DNA of 64,000 bases, taken from positions 2,240,001 through 2,304,000 of the forward strand of contig OZ243927.1 in assembly GCA_965213925.1 (NCBI GenBank), in the 5' to 3' direction. A program made the translations under genes and the position numbers. The stretch is from Trueperaceae bacterium (GTDB lineage Bacteria; Deinococcota; Deinococci; Deinococcales; Trueperaceae). Shown one piece after another: positions 11,601 through 21,909 of this stretch. The notes below the pieces were generated by a model that did not search any database, was not told where the DNA came from, and saw nothing but the letters and a program-made list of their open reading frames with translations. Positions within the stretch are counted from its first letter, which is position 1. Each line of letters opens with the position of its first letter.

Positions 11601-13202
11601 ATGGACCAACCGCGCTTTGAACTAGCGACGATAGATATCATTATCGTGATCGTCTACTTTATCGGCATCATCGCTCACGGCGTTTACGTGAGCCGCAAGG
11701 GGAACGAAAGTTCCGACGATTACTTCTTGGCGGGGCGCGGGCTCCCCTGGTACTTAATCGGCTTTTCGCTCTTCGCCTCGAACATGTCGGGCTCGTCCTT
11801 TGTCGGGCTGATGGGCGGCACCTACGCCAACGGCATCGTGATCTACAACTACGAGTGGACCGCGACGCTGGTCTTAATCTTCTTCGCGTTTTTTATCCTC
11901 CCCTACTTCTTACGCGCCAAGCTCTACACCGTCCCCGAGTTTTTAGAGAAACGCTTCGACAACCGCAGCCGCCGCGCCTACTCCGCTTTCACCGTTTTAG
12001 CGGTTATCTTTATCGACGCAGCCGCCGCTGTCTACGCGGGCGGCTTAGTCATCACCCAGGTTTTCCCCATCGACCTCTGGTTAGCCGCCGCGATTCTAGC
12101 GGCAGTCGCGGGCGCGTATACGATTTTAGGCGGGCTCGCCGCTGTCGTCGTCACCGACACGGTGCAAGCGATTTTGCTCATTATCGGCTCGCTCATCATC
12201 TTCGTGCTGGGGCTTAACGCAGTCGGCGGTTGGGACGCGATGTTTGCGGGCGTCCCCGGCGGGAAGACCTCCATCATCCAACCGCCCACAGACGACTTTG
12301 TCCCCTGGCCCGGTCTGTTGGGCGTGCTGGTTGTCGGCTTCTACTTCTGGTCGTTCAACCAGTTTATCGTGCAGCGCACGCTAGGCGCGAAAGACTTAGA
12401 CGAGGGGCGCAAAGGGGCGCTCTTCGCCGGGCTCTTAAAGCTCCCCAATATCTTCATTATGGTGCTGCCCGGTCTCATCGCGCTGCAGCTCTACCCGAAC
12501 CTCTCGAACCCCGACCTCGCGTTTCCGGCGCTCGCCTTTGACCTCTTGCCCGTCGGTCTGCGCGGGCTCATCATGGCGGCGCTCATCGCCGCGATCATGT
12601 CGAGTTTAGACTCCGCCTTTAACGCCATCAGCTCGATGGTCACGATGGACTTCATTGAGCCGATTCGCCCCGACTTCGGTCAGGACACCCTGGTCAGAAT
12701 CGGACGCATCTTCACAGGGGTTGCCATGGTTATTGTCGCGGTCTACGCGCCCTTAATCGCCAACTTCGAGACGCTCTTCGGCTACTTGCAGTCGGCGCTC
12801 TCGTATATCGTGCCCGCGCTTGTCGCCATCTTCTTTTTAGGTCTCTTCTGGAAGCGGGCGAACGCGGACAGCGCCTTTTACACCATCGTCCTAACGCTCC
12901 TCATCGGCATCCCGCTCTTTATCTTGAAAGAGGTCACGGGCACCTGGAGCGCCTGGGGGCTGCCCGACATCCACTTCACTTACATGGGCATCATCATGTT
13001 CGTCCTCGGGGCGCTGCTGGTCGTCGGTATCAGCTTAGCGGGCGAAGAGCCGGACGAGGAAAAGGTCAGGCAGTACGCCTTTACGCAGGAGAACTACCGG
13101 AAAGATATCGCCAGCGTAGACAAGGTTTGGTACCGAGACTTCCGTCTTCAGTCGGTCGGCTTGGCGGTTGTTATGGTTGCGGTGATTGTGGCGTTTTGGT
13201 AG
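11601..13202 (+). CDS. Sodium:solute (sugar) symporter, SLC5/SSS family
   Basis: DYFLAGR, SLFASNMS, GGLAAVVVTDTVQ, NQFIVQRTL and AAIMSSLDS motifs; many TM helices. Confidence 0.92.
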   Translation: MDQPRFELATIDIIIVIVYFIGIIAHGVYVSRKGNESSDDYFLAGRGLPWYLIGFSLFASNMSGSSFVGLMGGTYANGIVIYNYEWTATLVLIFFAFFILPYFLRAKLYTVPEFLEKRFDNRSRRAYSAFTVLAVIFIDAAAAVYAGGLVITQVFPIDLWLAAAILAAVAGAYTILGGLAAVVVTDTVQAILLIIGSLIIFVLGLNAVGGWDAMFAGVPGGKTSIIQPPTDDFVPWPGLLGVLVVGFYFWSFNQFIVQRTLGAKDLDEGRKGALFAGLLKLPNIFIMVLPGLIALQLYPNLSNPDLAFPALAFDLLPVGLRGLIMAALIAAIMSSLDSAFNAISSMVTMDFIEPIRPDFGQDTLVRIGRIFTGVAMVIVAVYAPLIANFETLFGYLQSALSYIVPALVAIFFLGLFWKRANADSAFYTIVLTLLIGIPLFILKEVTGTWSAWGLPDIHFTYMGIIMFVLGALLVVGISLAGEEPDEEKVRQYAFTQENYRKDIASVDKVWYRDFRLQSVGLAVVMVAVIVAFW

Positions 13203-13241
13203 AAGAGAAAGTTTGAGTATAGTCTCTATAGCTCTAGTAAT

Positions 13242-13673
13242 TTAGAGACCAAGAACTGAGAGCGTACCCTCTTCGGAGATATTTTGCTGAATCCAGCGTC
13301 CTAAATCTTCGAGCATAGAGGCTAACTGCGCGTGTGCTGTGTCCCACTCATCCTCGAGCCAATCAACATCGCGCAAGCGAATCTCGTACTGGATACCAAG
13401 CTGCATAACCGACATAGCATCTGTTTCTCTCACAGCGTCGGCATACTTGAGCAGGTCCTCCGCGAGCTTATGCGCACGCCGCGCATCTACGACCATGTAG
13501 GCGTACCAGCGATAATCTTGTATGTGCTCTTTCAAGAGCGAGTCGAACAACCTAACGTCCTCATACCATACGAAGACCGAGGTATCATTCCAGTGCTGTC
13601 CATCAAACTTCCGAGGTAAAAACTCGAAGTACTTGCTTCCCTGAAGGTCTTTTATGTCCGTGATGAGTTTCAA
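13242..13673 (-). CDS. Hypothetical protein
   Basis: 143-aa ORF directly behind the Uma2 gene, lower GC, plausible composition. Confidence 0.6.
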   Translation of the reverse strand: MKLITDIKDLQGSKYFEFLPRKFDGQHWNDTSVFVWYEDVRLFDSLLKEHIQDYRWYAYMVVDARRAHKLAEDLLKYADAVRETDAMSVMQLGIQYEIRLRDVDWLEDEWDTAHAQLASMLEDLGRWIQQNISEEGTLSVLGL

Positions 13674-13685
13674 AAATGTCAGGCT

Positions 13686-14303
13686 CTAAAAATTATGCTT
13701 GTCGAGCAACTCCAATATCGCTTCGGGCAACCACTGTCGCGCCGTATCAGGGAAGGCGGTGGGTGCTAAGGTCGCGGTTAAATCCTCGTTCACGCGGCGG
13801 GCGTATTCACCGTCTTTAGGCTCGGTGTAGACCTCGATGCGGCGCTGGATGAGGTTGACAATCCAGACTTCGGGAATCTCTGAGCGGGCGTAGAGAGGGA
13901 GTTTTAGGATTCTATCCTTGCGAAGTGTCGTATCTGACACTTCAATAACCAAATGCACATCCTCTGGTTTCGGATGGTCTACGTAGAGCTTGTCTTTAAT
14001 CAACAAAACGTCGGGCTGAGGTAGCTCGGCGTCCTCTAAGTCACCGGAAAGCCTCAGAGGATTTTGGGGCAAAATTTGCGCTCTGCCATCAAAAGCGACG
14101 CTGAGTCGCTGCGTAAATCTCGCCGTTACAAAGCCGTGGGGTGGGTTGATGGTCATTTTGAAGATATGCCCTCCGAGAAGTTCGACGTGTTCATCTTCAC
14201 CAATGATGCCCCTTTTCTCCATCTCTAAAAGGTCACGGTAGGTGAATTTTCGCAGTCCTGACTCGTCGGACGTTGGTACTGCTTTGCGCTCTAAAATTGC
14301 CAT
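13686..14303 (-). CDS. Uma2 family endonuclease-like protein
   Basis: 'ELLGG.I', 'PQPDV', 'LVIEVSD.TL..DR..K..LYA...IPEVWIVNL'. Confidence 0.9.
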   Translation of the reverse strand: MAILERKAVPTSDESGLRKFTYRDLLEMEKRGIIGEDEHVELLGGHIFKMTINPPHGFVTARFTQRLSVAFDGRAQILPQNPLRLSGDLEDAELPQPDVLLIKDKLYVDHPKPEDVHLVIEVSDTTLRKDRILKLPLYARSEIPEVWIVNLIQRRIEVYTEPKDGEYARRVNEDLTATLAPTAFPDTARQWLPEAILELLDKHNF

Positions 14304-14401
14304 ACTTTAGTTTACTCCGTTTTCAGGTGTGAGGGTTTTGAAGTAGAAGCAGCCGTTAGCGGTTGGCCATTAGCAAAAGCCCTCAAGCTAACGGCTAAAA
14401 G

Positions 14402-15529
14402 CTAACCGCTAATAGCTCGTCTAGCTTCCTTTACCCGCTCCACAATCCCTTCCCTACTCCCCGCCAACGCCGTTACATGTCCCATCTTCCGCCCCGCTCT
14501 CGCCTCGGCTTTGCCGTAGAGGTGCAGGTACACGTTAGGGAGGAAGAGCGCTTTCGCCCAGTCCGGCTCGCCGTTTTGCCACACCTCGCCTAAGAGGTTC
14601 GCCATCGCCGCAGGGCGCAAAAACTCAGTTGACCCGAGCGGTAAACCGCACACGGCGCGGAGCTGCTGCCCAAACTGACTCGTCGCGCACCCTTCGATCG
14701 TCAAGTGACCCGAGTTATGTGGGCGCGGCGCGATTTCGTTGACGATGAGTTCACTCTCGTGCGTGAGGAAGAATTCGACACACGTCGTACCGACGACTTC
14801 TAACGCTTCTAAAATACCTCTGGCAATCTCTACCGCTTCAGCCGTAACCTTTTCGGAGAGGTCGGGCGGCGCAAAAGAAACGTCTAAGATGTGGTTTTCG
14901 TGCTGATTTTCAATGACGCCGTAGTGAGCGAAGGAACCGTCTTGACCTCTCGCCGCGACGACAGAGACCTCTCGCTCAAACTCTATAAACGCCTCTAAAA
15001 CTGCCTCTTGCTTCAATTCAGCAAAGGCGCGTTTTCCCTCCTCTACGCCCCTAACCTTCGCCTGCCCCTTGCCGTCGTAGCCAAAACCAGCCGTTTTCAG
15101 CACCGCAGGCGTGCCGACCTCTTGCAGCGCGGCGTCTATCTCGTCCTCTTGACGAACCGCTCGAAAGGGAACGACTGGGAAGCCCTGTTCCGACAGAAAG
15201 GTCTTTTCTCGTAGGCGGTTTTGCGCGGTGTAGAGCGCTTTAATGCCGGGATGCACAGGCGCGTGCTCCAGGGCAGCCTCGAGCGTCGTGACGGGGATAT
15301 TTTCAAACTCGAGCGTGACCACGTCAACCTCTTTGGCAAAGGCTTTCACCACGTCTATATCGTCGTAAGGAGCGCTCACCTCTTTGTCCGCGACTTGACC
15401 TGTCGGCGTATCCTCGCCGGGTGAAAAGGTGTGGACGCGGTAGCCCATATACTTTGCCTCAACTGCCAGCATCCGCCCGAGCTGACCGCTGCCTAAGATG
15501 CCGATGGTCGAGCCGGGTAAAAAGGTCAT
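14402..15529 (-). CDS. purK: N5-carboxyaminoimidazole ribonucleotide synthase
   Basis: [31 protein letters not shown] and HLYGK..R.GRKMGH. Confidence 0.96.
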   Translation of the reverse strand: MTFLPGSTIGILGSGQLGRMLAVEAKYMGYRVHTFSPGEDTPTGQVADKEVSAPYDDIDVVKAFAKEVDVVTLEFENIPVTTLEAALEHAPVHPGIKALYTAQNRLREKTFLSEQGFPVVPFRAVRQEDEIDAALQEVGTPAVLKTAGFGYDGKGQAKVRGVEEGKRAFAELKQEAVLEAFIEFEREVSVVAARGQDGSFAHYGVIENQHENHILDVSFAPPDLSEKVTAEAVEIARGILEALEVVGTTCVEFFLTHESELIVNEIAPRPHNSGHLTIEGCATSQFGQQLRAVCGLPLGSTEFLRPAAMANLLGEVWQNGEPDWAKALFLPNVYLHLYGKAEARAGRKMGHVTALAGSREGIVERVKEARRAISG

Positions 15530-16035
15530 GGCAACTCCGAATTTAGAACGTTCTCGGTTTGAGTGCGGCGGAACTCGAGGAGCTTGTCGCGTAAGGGGGG
15601 TCTCGAGGTCGCCAAGATGGAGACTGCTAAAAGCGCCGCGTTGATTGCGCCTGCGCGTCCAATCGCCAGCGTACCCACCGGAACCCCTGCGGGCATTTGG
15701 ACGATGGAGAGAAGCGAATCTACACCGTTTAAGACGCGGCTCTGCACAGGTACGCCTAAGACGGGTAGAACAGTCTGCGCCGCGACCATCCCCGGCAGGT
15801 GCGCCGCGCCGCCTGCGCCCGCGATGATGACCTCTAACCCACGTTCCGCCGCACCTTCGGCAAAGTCAGCCATCCGAGCGGGCGTTCTATGTGCGGAGAC
15901 GACAGCGCGTTCAAAAGGTATATCAAACTTCTCCAACGTCTCCACCACATGCTTCATCGTCTCCCAATCGGAGGTGCTGCCCATGATGACCGCCACAAGA
16001 GGTTGCTCGAGTTGAGGGCTAGAAGCTGCCGTCAT
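15526..16035 (-). CDS. purE: N5-carboxyaminoimidazole ribonucleotide mutase
   Basis: [28 protein letters not shown] and SIVQMP.GVPV. Confidence 0.96.
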   Translation of the reverse strand: MTAASSPQLEQPLVAVIMGSTSDWETMKHVVETLEKFDIPFERAVVSAHRTPARMADFAEGAAERGLEVIIAGAGGAAHLPGMVAAQTVLPVLGVPVQSRVLNGVDSLLSIVQMPAGVPVGTLAIGRAGAINAALLAVSILATSRPPLRDKLLEFRRTQTENVLNSELP

Positions 16036-17023
16036 TGTGGACCTCTTTCGTGGCAGCGCGTCTCAGTCTGTCGCGCACGGCGAGCCATTCGGGGATGCTG
16101 GGCACAGCCTCTACGATGATTTCGTCGCAATTTGCTTCGTCGAGTTCGCGGAGCCCAGCGTAAAGTCTTTTTCCATACGCCGCTGGGTCGCCGGGCAAGA
16201 CGAGCCACCTCTCGCTCTCTAACCAGGCGGGCTTTTGACTTCTCGCCAATATTGCGAGCTTTTTGTCCACATTTTCGCCTAGATAATCTGTCAGGCTTTC
16301 AGCGATGACAACAGGCGTTGTTGGGGCGTAGTGGCTTTCCAAGGTTCCGGGTGCTTTAGGCACGTCACCTTTGTCTGTACTCGCATCTGTTCCCACGAGT
16401 GGCTCCTCTCCTAAAACCTCGGCGAGTTGCGTGAGCGAGACCGCGCCGGGACGCAGCAAACGGGGTCTCGAGCCGCTCATATCTAAAATCGTGGACTCTA
16501 AACCGACCTCGCACGGTCCGCCGTCTAAAATCATATCGACTCTGTCGCCCAATTCCGCGCGGACATGCGCCGCTGTAGTCGGGCTGATGCGCCCGAAGCG
16601 GTTGGCGGAAGGGGCAGCGAGTCCACTGCCGAAGGTCTCGAGCAAGGATAGCGCCAACGGATGCCCCGGCACACGCATACCTACCGTATCCTGTCCGCCC
16701 GTCACTACGTCCGGCACACGTTCCGAGCGCTTCAAGATAAGCGTCAAGGGTCCAGCCCAAAAGGTCTCGGCGAGCGTGTAGACCTCCCGAGAAACATTCG
16801 TCGTCCATTCTGAAAGCGCATCAGAAGAAGGAAGGTGAACGATGACGGGATGGTCCGCGGGGCGACCTTTGGCCGCGAAAATCCGTTTGACGGCGTCACT
16901 GTTACTCGCATCTGCACCTAAGCCGTAAACCGTTTCTGTTGGAAAGGCAACAAGCCCGCCCGCCCGCAACACTTCAGCGGCTTTCTCTAATTCGACCTCT
17001 TGACGCTTTTGCTCGAGCGGCAT
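16019..17023 (-). CDS. sua5: L-threonylcarbamoyladenylate synthase (Sua5 type, with C-terminal domain)
   Basis: [32 protein letters not shown] and HYAP. Confidence 0.94.
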   Translation of the reverse strand: MPLEQKRQEVELEKAAEVLRAGGLVAFPTETVYGLGADASNSDAVKRIFAAKGRPADHPVIVHLPSSDALSEWTTNVSREVYTLAETFWAGPLTLILKRSERVPDVVTGGQDTVGMRVPGHPLALSLLETFGSGLAAPSANRFGRISPTTAAHVRAELGDRVDMILDGGPCEVGLESTILDMSGSRPRLLRPGAVSLTQLAEVLGEEPLVGTDASTDKGDVPKAPGTLESHYAPTTPVVIAESLTDYLGENVDKKLAILARSQKPAWLESERWLVLPGDPAAYGKRLYAGLRELDEANCDEIIVEAVPSIPEWLAVRDRLRRAATKEVHNDGSF

Positions 17024-17112
17024 CAGGCGTGCATTCTAACGTGTAGGGAGCATCTCAGCTAGTCAGCACTTTAGGACAAGCTAAAACCTGACAAGCTGAA
17101 ATGCTGACACGC

Positions 17113-18027
17113 TCATTTGGATGCACTTTCAATCGCCTCACGAATGACACTGATACTCCTATCCAAATCGCTTCTCTCATCGCCATTGAGTTCGACCTCG
17201 AGCGTCGCCACCACCCCGCCGCGCCCGAGCACGCGGGGCAGGCTATACGCCACCTCGCCGTCGCTCATAGACACGGTGAGGACGCTCTGCTGATTGCCCA
17301 AAACTGCCTCGACGATGCGGGCGATGCCTGTGGCAACGCCGTAATAGGTTGCGCCTTTGCGCTCGATGATGTTGTAAGCCGCCCGCTGCACGTCGCGCTG
17401 CACCTCACGCTGATCATCGTCATTCCACGACAGGTCGCGCTTTGGGAAGTAGCGCGTGAGCGGCATCCCGGCGATATCCATCGTGCTCCACGCGACGATT
17501 TCGGAGTCGCCGTGCTCGCCCAAAACGTAGCCGTGAACGTTCTGCGGCGCAACCTTCGCTTTCGCGCCGACGAGCGAGCGCAGCCGCGCCGTGTCTAGAA
17601 TTGTACCCGAGCCGATCACGCGCGCTTTAGGCAGACCGCTCTCCTGCCACGCGATATGCGTCAATACGTCTACAGGGTTCGTAGCGATGAGCAGCACCGT
17701 GTCCGGCGCGTGCTCGGTGATTTGCGGGACGATATCGCGGAAGATGGCGGCGTTTTTTGCGGCTAAGTCGAGCCGCGTCTCACCCTCTTTCTGGTTCGCG
17801 CCCGCCGAGATAACTACGAGCGCGGCACCTGCTAAGTCCTCGTAGCCGCCGGCTACGACCCTGGCCGGATGCGAAAAGGGTGTCGCGTGCGACACGTCCA
17901 TCGCTTCACCCTCCGCCCTCGCCTCGTTCTTGTCGATAAAGACAACTTCGCTCGCTAAGTTTTCGGTTACTAAGGTGTAGCCCGCCGTCGAACCGACTAA
18001 ACCTGCACCTACGATGCCAATTTTCAC
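17113..18027 (-). CDS. ldh: L-lactate dehydrogenase
   Basis: GAG.VG, GANQK.GETRLDL, NPVD, GSGTILDTAR, GEHGDSE and KGATYYG. Confidence 0.93.
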   Translation of the reverse strand: MKIGIVGAGLVGSTAGYTLVTENLASEVVFIDKNEARAEGEAMDVSHATPFSHPARVVAGGYEDLAGAALVVISAGANQKEGETRLDLAAKNAAIFRDIVPQITEHAPDTVLLIATNPVDVLTHIAWQESGLPKARVIGSGTILDTARLRSLVGAKAKVAPQNVHGYVLGEHGDSEIVAWSTMDIAGMPLTRYFPKRDLSWNDDDQREVQRDVQRAAYNIIERKGATYYGVATGIARIVEAVLGNQQSVLTVSMSDGEVAYSLPRVLGRGGVVATLEVELNGDERSDLDRSISVIREAIESASK

Positions 18028-18154
18028 AACGACCTCCTACTCAGCGTCACTGTAGCCGCGTGGCGAGGATAAGACCTTGTTTCAAGTAGTGTTTGTGCTC
18101 CCGTGGGTTCCAGGAATTCAAGCGCGCGGTTATGGTTTGATAGTCGGAGGCACT

Positions 18155-18567
18155 ATGAAACGTCAGAACTTTTCGTCGGGTACGCCTTGGGAAGCGGCGG
18201 TCGGGTACTCGAGAGCCGTCCGCGTCGGTCCTCACATATTCGTTGCCGGGACAACCGCGACCGACAGTGAGGGTCGTGTCGTCGGCGTGAGATGACCCTT
18301 ACAAACAGGCGCAGCAAATCTTGCAGAACATCCGCGCGGCGCTGGAAAAAGCAGGAGCGACCTTAGAGGACGTGGTACGCACGCGCATCTTCGTGACCGA
18401 CATTCGCCCACTGGCAAGAGGTGACGAGAGCGCACGGCGAGGTGTTTGCAGACATTCGCCCGGTCGCTACGCTAGTTGCAGTGAGTGGGCTGATCGACCC
18501 TAAGATGCTCGTAGAGATTGAGGCTGATGCGCTGATTGGAGGAAAAGGAGAGAATAGGGATTACTAA
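18155..18567 (+). pseudogene. RidA/YjgF family protein with two +1 frameshifts (possibly assembly errors)
   Basis: [21 protein letters not shown]; removing one base near 18290 and one near 18408 restores ..[31 protein letters not shown]...V..LIDP.MLVEIEA. Confidence 0.8.
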
Positions 18568-18624
18568 GCAATTTTCGTAGGGTGAATGTCTTGGTTTTTA
18601 GTGCGGCTCGAGCCAGCACGTAAA

Positions 18625-19364
18625 CTAGACCTCTTGCTCACTGACCTCAATCAGATGTTCTGCTAACCGCTTCCCCTCAGCCGCCGCCTCTTCGTAGGTC
18701 AGATAGCCAGACGCACAGACGCCTGCGGCATAAGATTGGCGAGTCTTTCTAATTCGAACGTTTCGTTTCTTTCAGCAGGCGCGAAGCGTTTGCAGTTCAC
18801 GGTGTAAGGGAGTGAGCCGTTTTGGGAGTCGGCCTCCAACCGCACCTCTTCAAACGCAAAGCCGAGTGACTGCAAATCTTCAAAGAGGTCGTCGTACGCC
18901 ATCTCGCTGAGGCGACCCGCCTTTTCGGTCAGTTCGCCGACGTTGAGCCGCGCCTCTAAAAAACTGCCGACACAGAGCGCGGTGCGCTTGGCGAGGCGGT
19001 CCACCCCCTCCCAGGTGCGCACGCCTTTGACCTCGCCGTCCGTTATAAGCAAAGACGAGACGCTCGACTGAAGCAAGTGGATGCCGGACTGATGCTCCAA
19101 AACATATTTCGCGCGGCGGTGACACGCCCAGTTACCGACGAAGCCGCGCTCACCGGTCACCTCACTACAGATTGCCATGAGCGTATCTGGGGAAGGCTCC
19201 AAGGTCGCGCCGTCGCCGACGAGATTATAGACCGTATCTAAGCTCGTCGTCACGAGGAGCACGTCGAGTCCTGCTCTCGCGCACGCGAACGCCGCTTCGC
19301 TGCCCGCGATGCCCGCGCCGACCACCGCAACGTCGTAGACATGCCCTGGACCCGGAAAGCTCAC
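18625..19364 (-). CDS. Short GidA/MnmG-like FAD-dependent protein; frameshift near 18732
   Basis: GAGIAGSEAA, 'V.GV.TWEG', 'GSFL.ARL..G....AGRLSE.AYDDL'. The C-terminus continues in another frame as YAAGVC...LTYEEAA.EG.RLA to TAG at 18625. Confidence 0.75.
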
Positions 19365-19370
19365 CTGCGC

Positions 19371-19949
19371 TTACTCGCTAAAGCCGTCCAGCAGCGGGAA
19401 GGGCTGCCGCCGTCCGGGGGCGCGTAAGAGGAGGTGTTCGCCCGTCCGGGTGCGCTGATAGATGAAGACGCCTTTAGGGTGCGATAGGAGGTCGCTCGGC
19501 TGCTGCGCGTCCACCATGACGCGCAGGTGAAGGGGCAGCGTGTTTTGAAGTTCGCCGAGTTCGTAGTGTTCGCCCTGAGCGCGGTAGCCGAAAAAGACGT
19601 CGGTGGTGATTTCGCTGTAGATACAGGTCAAGGACTGGGCTTCCGAGGCGCGGTAGAGCGCAACGGCTTCCCAAACCGCGGAGAGCGCCTCCTCTTCACT
19701 CACGAGGTCGCGGGTGATGCTCCCGGTGTCACCGTAAAATGCCGCCGGGAAGTTGCGCGACTGCGCGTAAAAGCCGTGCTTACTCACGATGAGCCGCATC
19801 ACCTTGTTGCTGTACGACGAGCCTTTCACCGCGTTCTTCATATAGGCGATGGCAAGCCCGTAGCGGCGCTCGTGCAGCTCGGCAAAGTCTTCCCAATCGG
19901 GGTCGATCAGAGCGGTGTCGGTATTGACCTCGAAACCTGTGCGCGTCAA
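19371..19949 (-). CDS. Conserved hypothetical protein
   Basis: 192-aa ORF with GGAG RBS, typical codon usage, 6 bp upstream of the GidA-like gene. Confidence 0.7.
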   Translation of the reverse strand: MTRTGFEVNTDTALIDPDWEDFAELHERRYGLAIAYMKNAVKGSSYSNKVMRLIVSKHGFYAQSRNFPAAFYGDTGSITRDLVSEEEALSAVWEAVALYRASEAQSLTCIYSEITTDVFFGYRAQGEHYELGELQNTLPLHLRVMVDAQQPSDLLSHPKGVFIYQRTRTGEHLLLRAPGRRQPFPLLDGFSE

Positions 19950-20057
19950 TGTAACTCTCCAAGGGGTGTAAGTGCGAGTTCGTCTAATGTAGTTGATTGC
20001 AGGTTCGCCAGCATAGTACTCATTCTAATGTCACGCGTCGTCTTAATAATTTCAACC

Positions 20058-20876
20058 TTAACGGCTCGAGCGCTCACCTTGGCTACCTCCGCCCTTTGCC
20101 TTCATCCCCGCCTTTTCTCCCCCTACCTTATCTCCTATGTGCAGCGCCGACACCCCAAACGTCTGCAAGGTGTAGCGGACGTTCCCGAACCCTGCCGCCT
20201 CCATCATCGTCGCGAGTTCGGCGGGCTTAGGAAACTTTAGGACCGAGTCGGGCAGATAGGTGTACGCGCTGCGCCTGCCGGACAAGAGCCCGCCTAAAAT
20301 CGGTACGACTTTAAGAAAGTAAAAGCGGAAGAGTTGCCCGAACACACCTCCGGGTGGAGGCGGAAACTCCAAGACGACCAAGCGCCCGCCGGGTTTGAGC
20401 ACGCGGTGAAACTCAGCGAGGCCTCCCTCATAATCCGCGAAGTTGCGCAGTCCGTAGGCGATTGTTAGCGCGTCGAACGTGTTGTCAGAAAAATCTAAAG
20501 CTAAGCCGTCGCCCTGCTCGAGTCTGATATCTACGCCTCTTTTCGCGGCTTTGGCGCGACCTAGCTCGAGCATCGCCGGGACGAAATCCACGCCGATCAC
20601 TGCGGCGTTCGGCGCAGCCTTTTTGAGTGCTAAGGCGAGGTCCGCCGTACCTGTTGCCACATCTAAAATGCGCGGCGCGTCCCCCTGCACCCTTTCCAAC
20701 GCCCGTGCGGTCGCCTCGCGCCGCCATGAGCGGTCGATGCCTAAACTCAGCAGGCGGTTCAAGAGGTCATAGCGGCGTGCAATCGCGCCGAACATCTCCC
20801 TGACCTGATGCGCCTTCTCCTGATCTTGCGGCGCATCGTTTTTCGGCTGAGCGGGTGAAGGCTTAGGCGAGTCCAT
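20058..20876 (-). CDS. menG: Demethylmenaquinone methyltransferase (UbiE/MenG)
   Basis: MF..IA.RYDLLN..LSLG.D..WR, LDVATGTADLA, YGLRN, LKPGG and AYTYLP.S. Confidence 0.92.
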   Translation of the reverse strand: MDSPKPSPAQPKNDAPQDQEKAHQVREMFGAIARRYDLLNRLLSLGIDRSWRREATARALERVQGDAPRILDVATGTADLALALKKAAPNAAVIGVDFVPAMLELGRAKAAKRGVDIRLEQGDGLALDFSDNTFDALTIAYGLRNFADYEGGLAEFHRVLKPGGRLVVLEFPPPPGGVFGQLFRFYFLKVVPILGGLLSGRRSAYTYLPDSVLKFPKPAELATMMEAAGFGNVRYTLQTFGVSALHIGDKVGGEKAGMKAKGGGSQGERSSR

Positions 20877-21040
20877 GCCTTTACGGTATCACGGCGTTCT
20901 CGGCGGTGTCTTAACGTTGCTGACTCGGAACCTTCATCGTTCGGGCTTCACCGAACACGAAAGGAGCGCTTAGCCTGCAACCGCGTGACGGCTAAGCGCT
21001 TTTGACGCTGCTTCGGTGAGGACGCCTTGATAAACCCTAT

Positions 21041-21346
21041 TCAAGATGCGGTGACGAGCCTGTGGCGGCTTAGAAAGGCGTCGAGCTTGGCGCGGCTAAA
21101 GCCCGACATGCTCGACGCATCGCCCTTATAAACGAGCGTCGGCACGCTTCTGCGCCCGTTATTGACGCTCATGACGTAGTCGGCTGCGCCGTCCACCTGC
21201 TCGATGTTGATCTCTTCAAAGGGGACGTCCAGTTTTTTCAAGAAGGTCTTGGTGACCTGGCAGTCGCCGCACCACGAGGTCGTATACATCTGAACCTTGT
21301 CGGTCTGAGCGGTGTCGGTTTGAACGGTCGTCTGGGGGGTATTCAT
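21041..21346 (-). CDS. Glutaredoxin/mycoredoxin-like protein
   Basis: MYTTSWCGDC and 'NNG.RSVPT' motifs; ATG at 21346 with AGGAG RBS. Confidence 0.85.
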   Translation of the reverse strand: MNTPQTTVQTDTAQTDKVQMYTTSWCGDCQVTKTFLKKLDVPFEEINIEQVDGAADYVMSVNNGRRSVPTLVYKGDASSMSGFSRAKLDAFLSRHRLVTAS

Positions 21347-21909
21347 GGGTTCTCCTAACGCAACCGCGCGCTGCACTAACTATAGCGCACTGACTACAAG
21401 TTGCACTGGCTACAATTTGTAGCACGCCGAGCGCGTCCGTGCGCTGATACTTTTCTCAGTTGAGGGCAAGCCGTTCGCTCGGTGTGAGGTAATTCGCACA
21501 GCTAGGGAGCGCGGTATGAAGTGTAAAGGGTAGCGTGAACAGCGGCGTTCACTACCAAAATTTATCACGCGCTCGCGTGCGGCTTGTGTTCTGGACGTCA
21601 TAACGCTGCGCGGTAGTCGCGTGAAGAGGTCCGGTCCAACTTTGGGCGGCGCACAGTCTATATCTGCGCGGCGGAATAGACGAACGGCACGCTCGCGTGC
21701 CGCTTTAGCGTGGTCGAGTGGTGGCGAAGTGTGAGCGAACGCCGGTCAGACTCGAGCCGAGTGAGCGCGCGCGGCTTGACCCCTACACGGTTAGATACGC
21801 TATAAAGAGGGCTCCAGCCCTCTCGAGGTCGCGCCGATGTGTGTGCTGACGCCACATAATGTAAGCTGTGTTCCGATAGCGTGAGATACTTAACTAAGGA
21901 GGTTTTACC

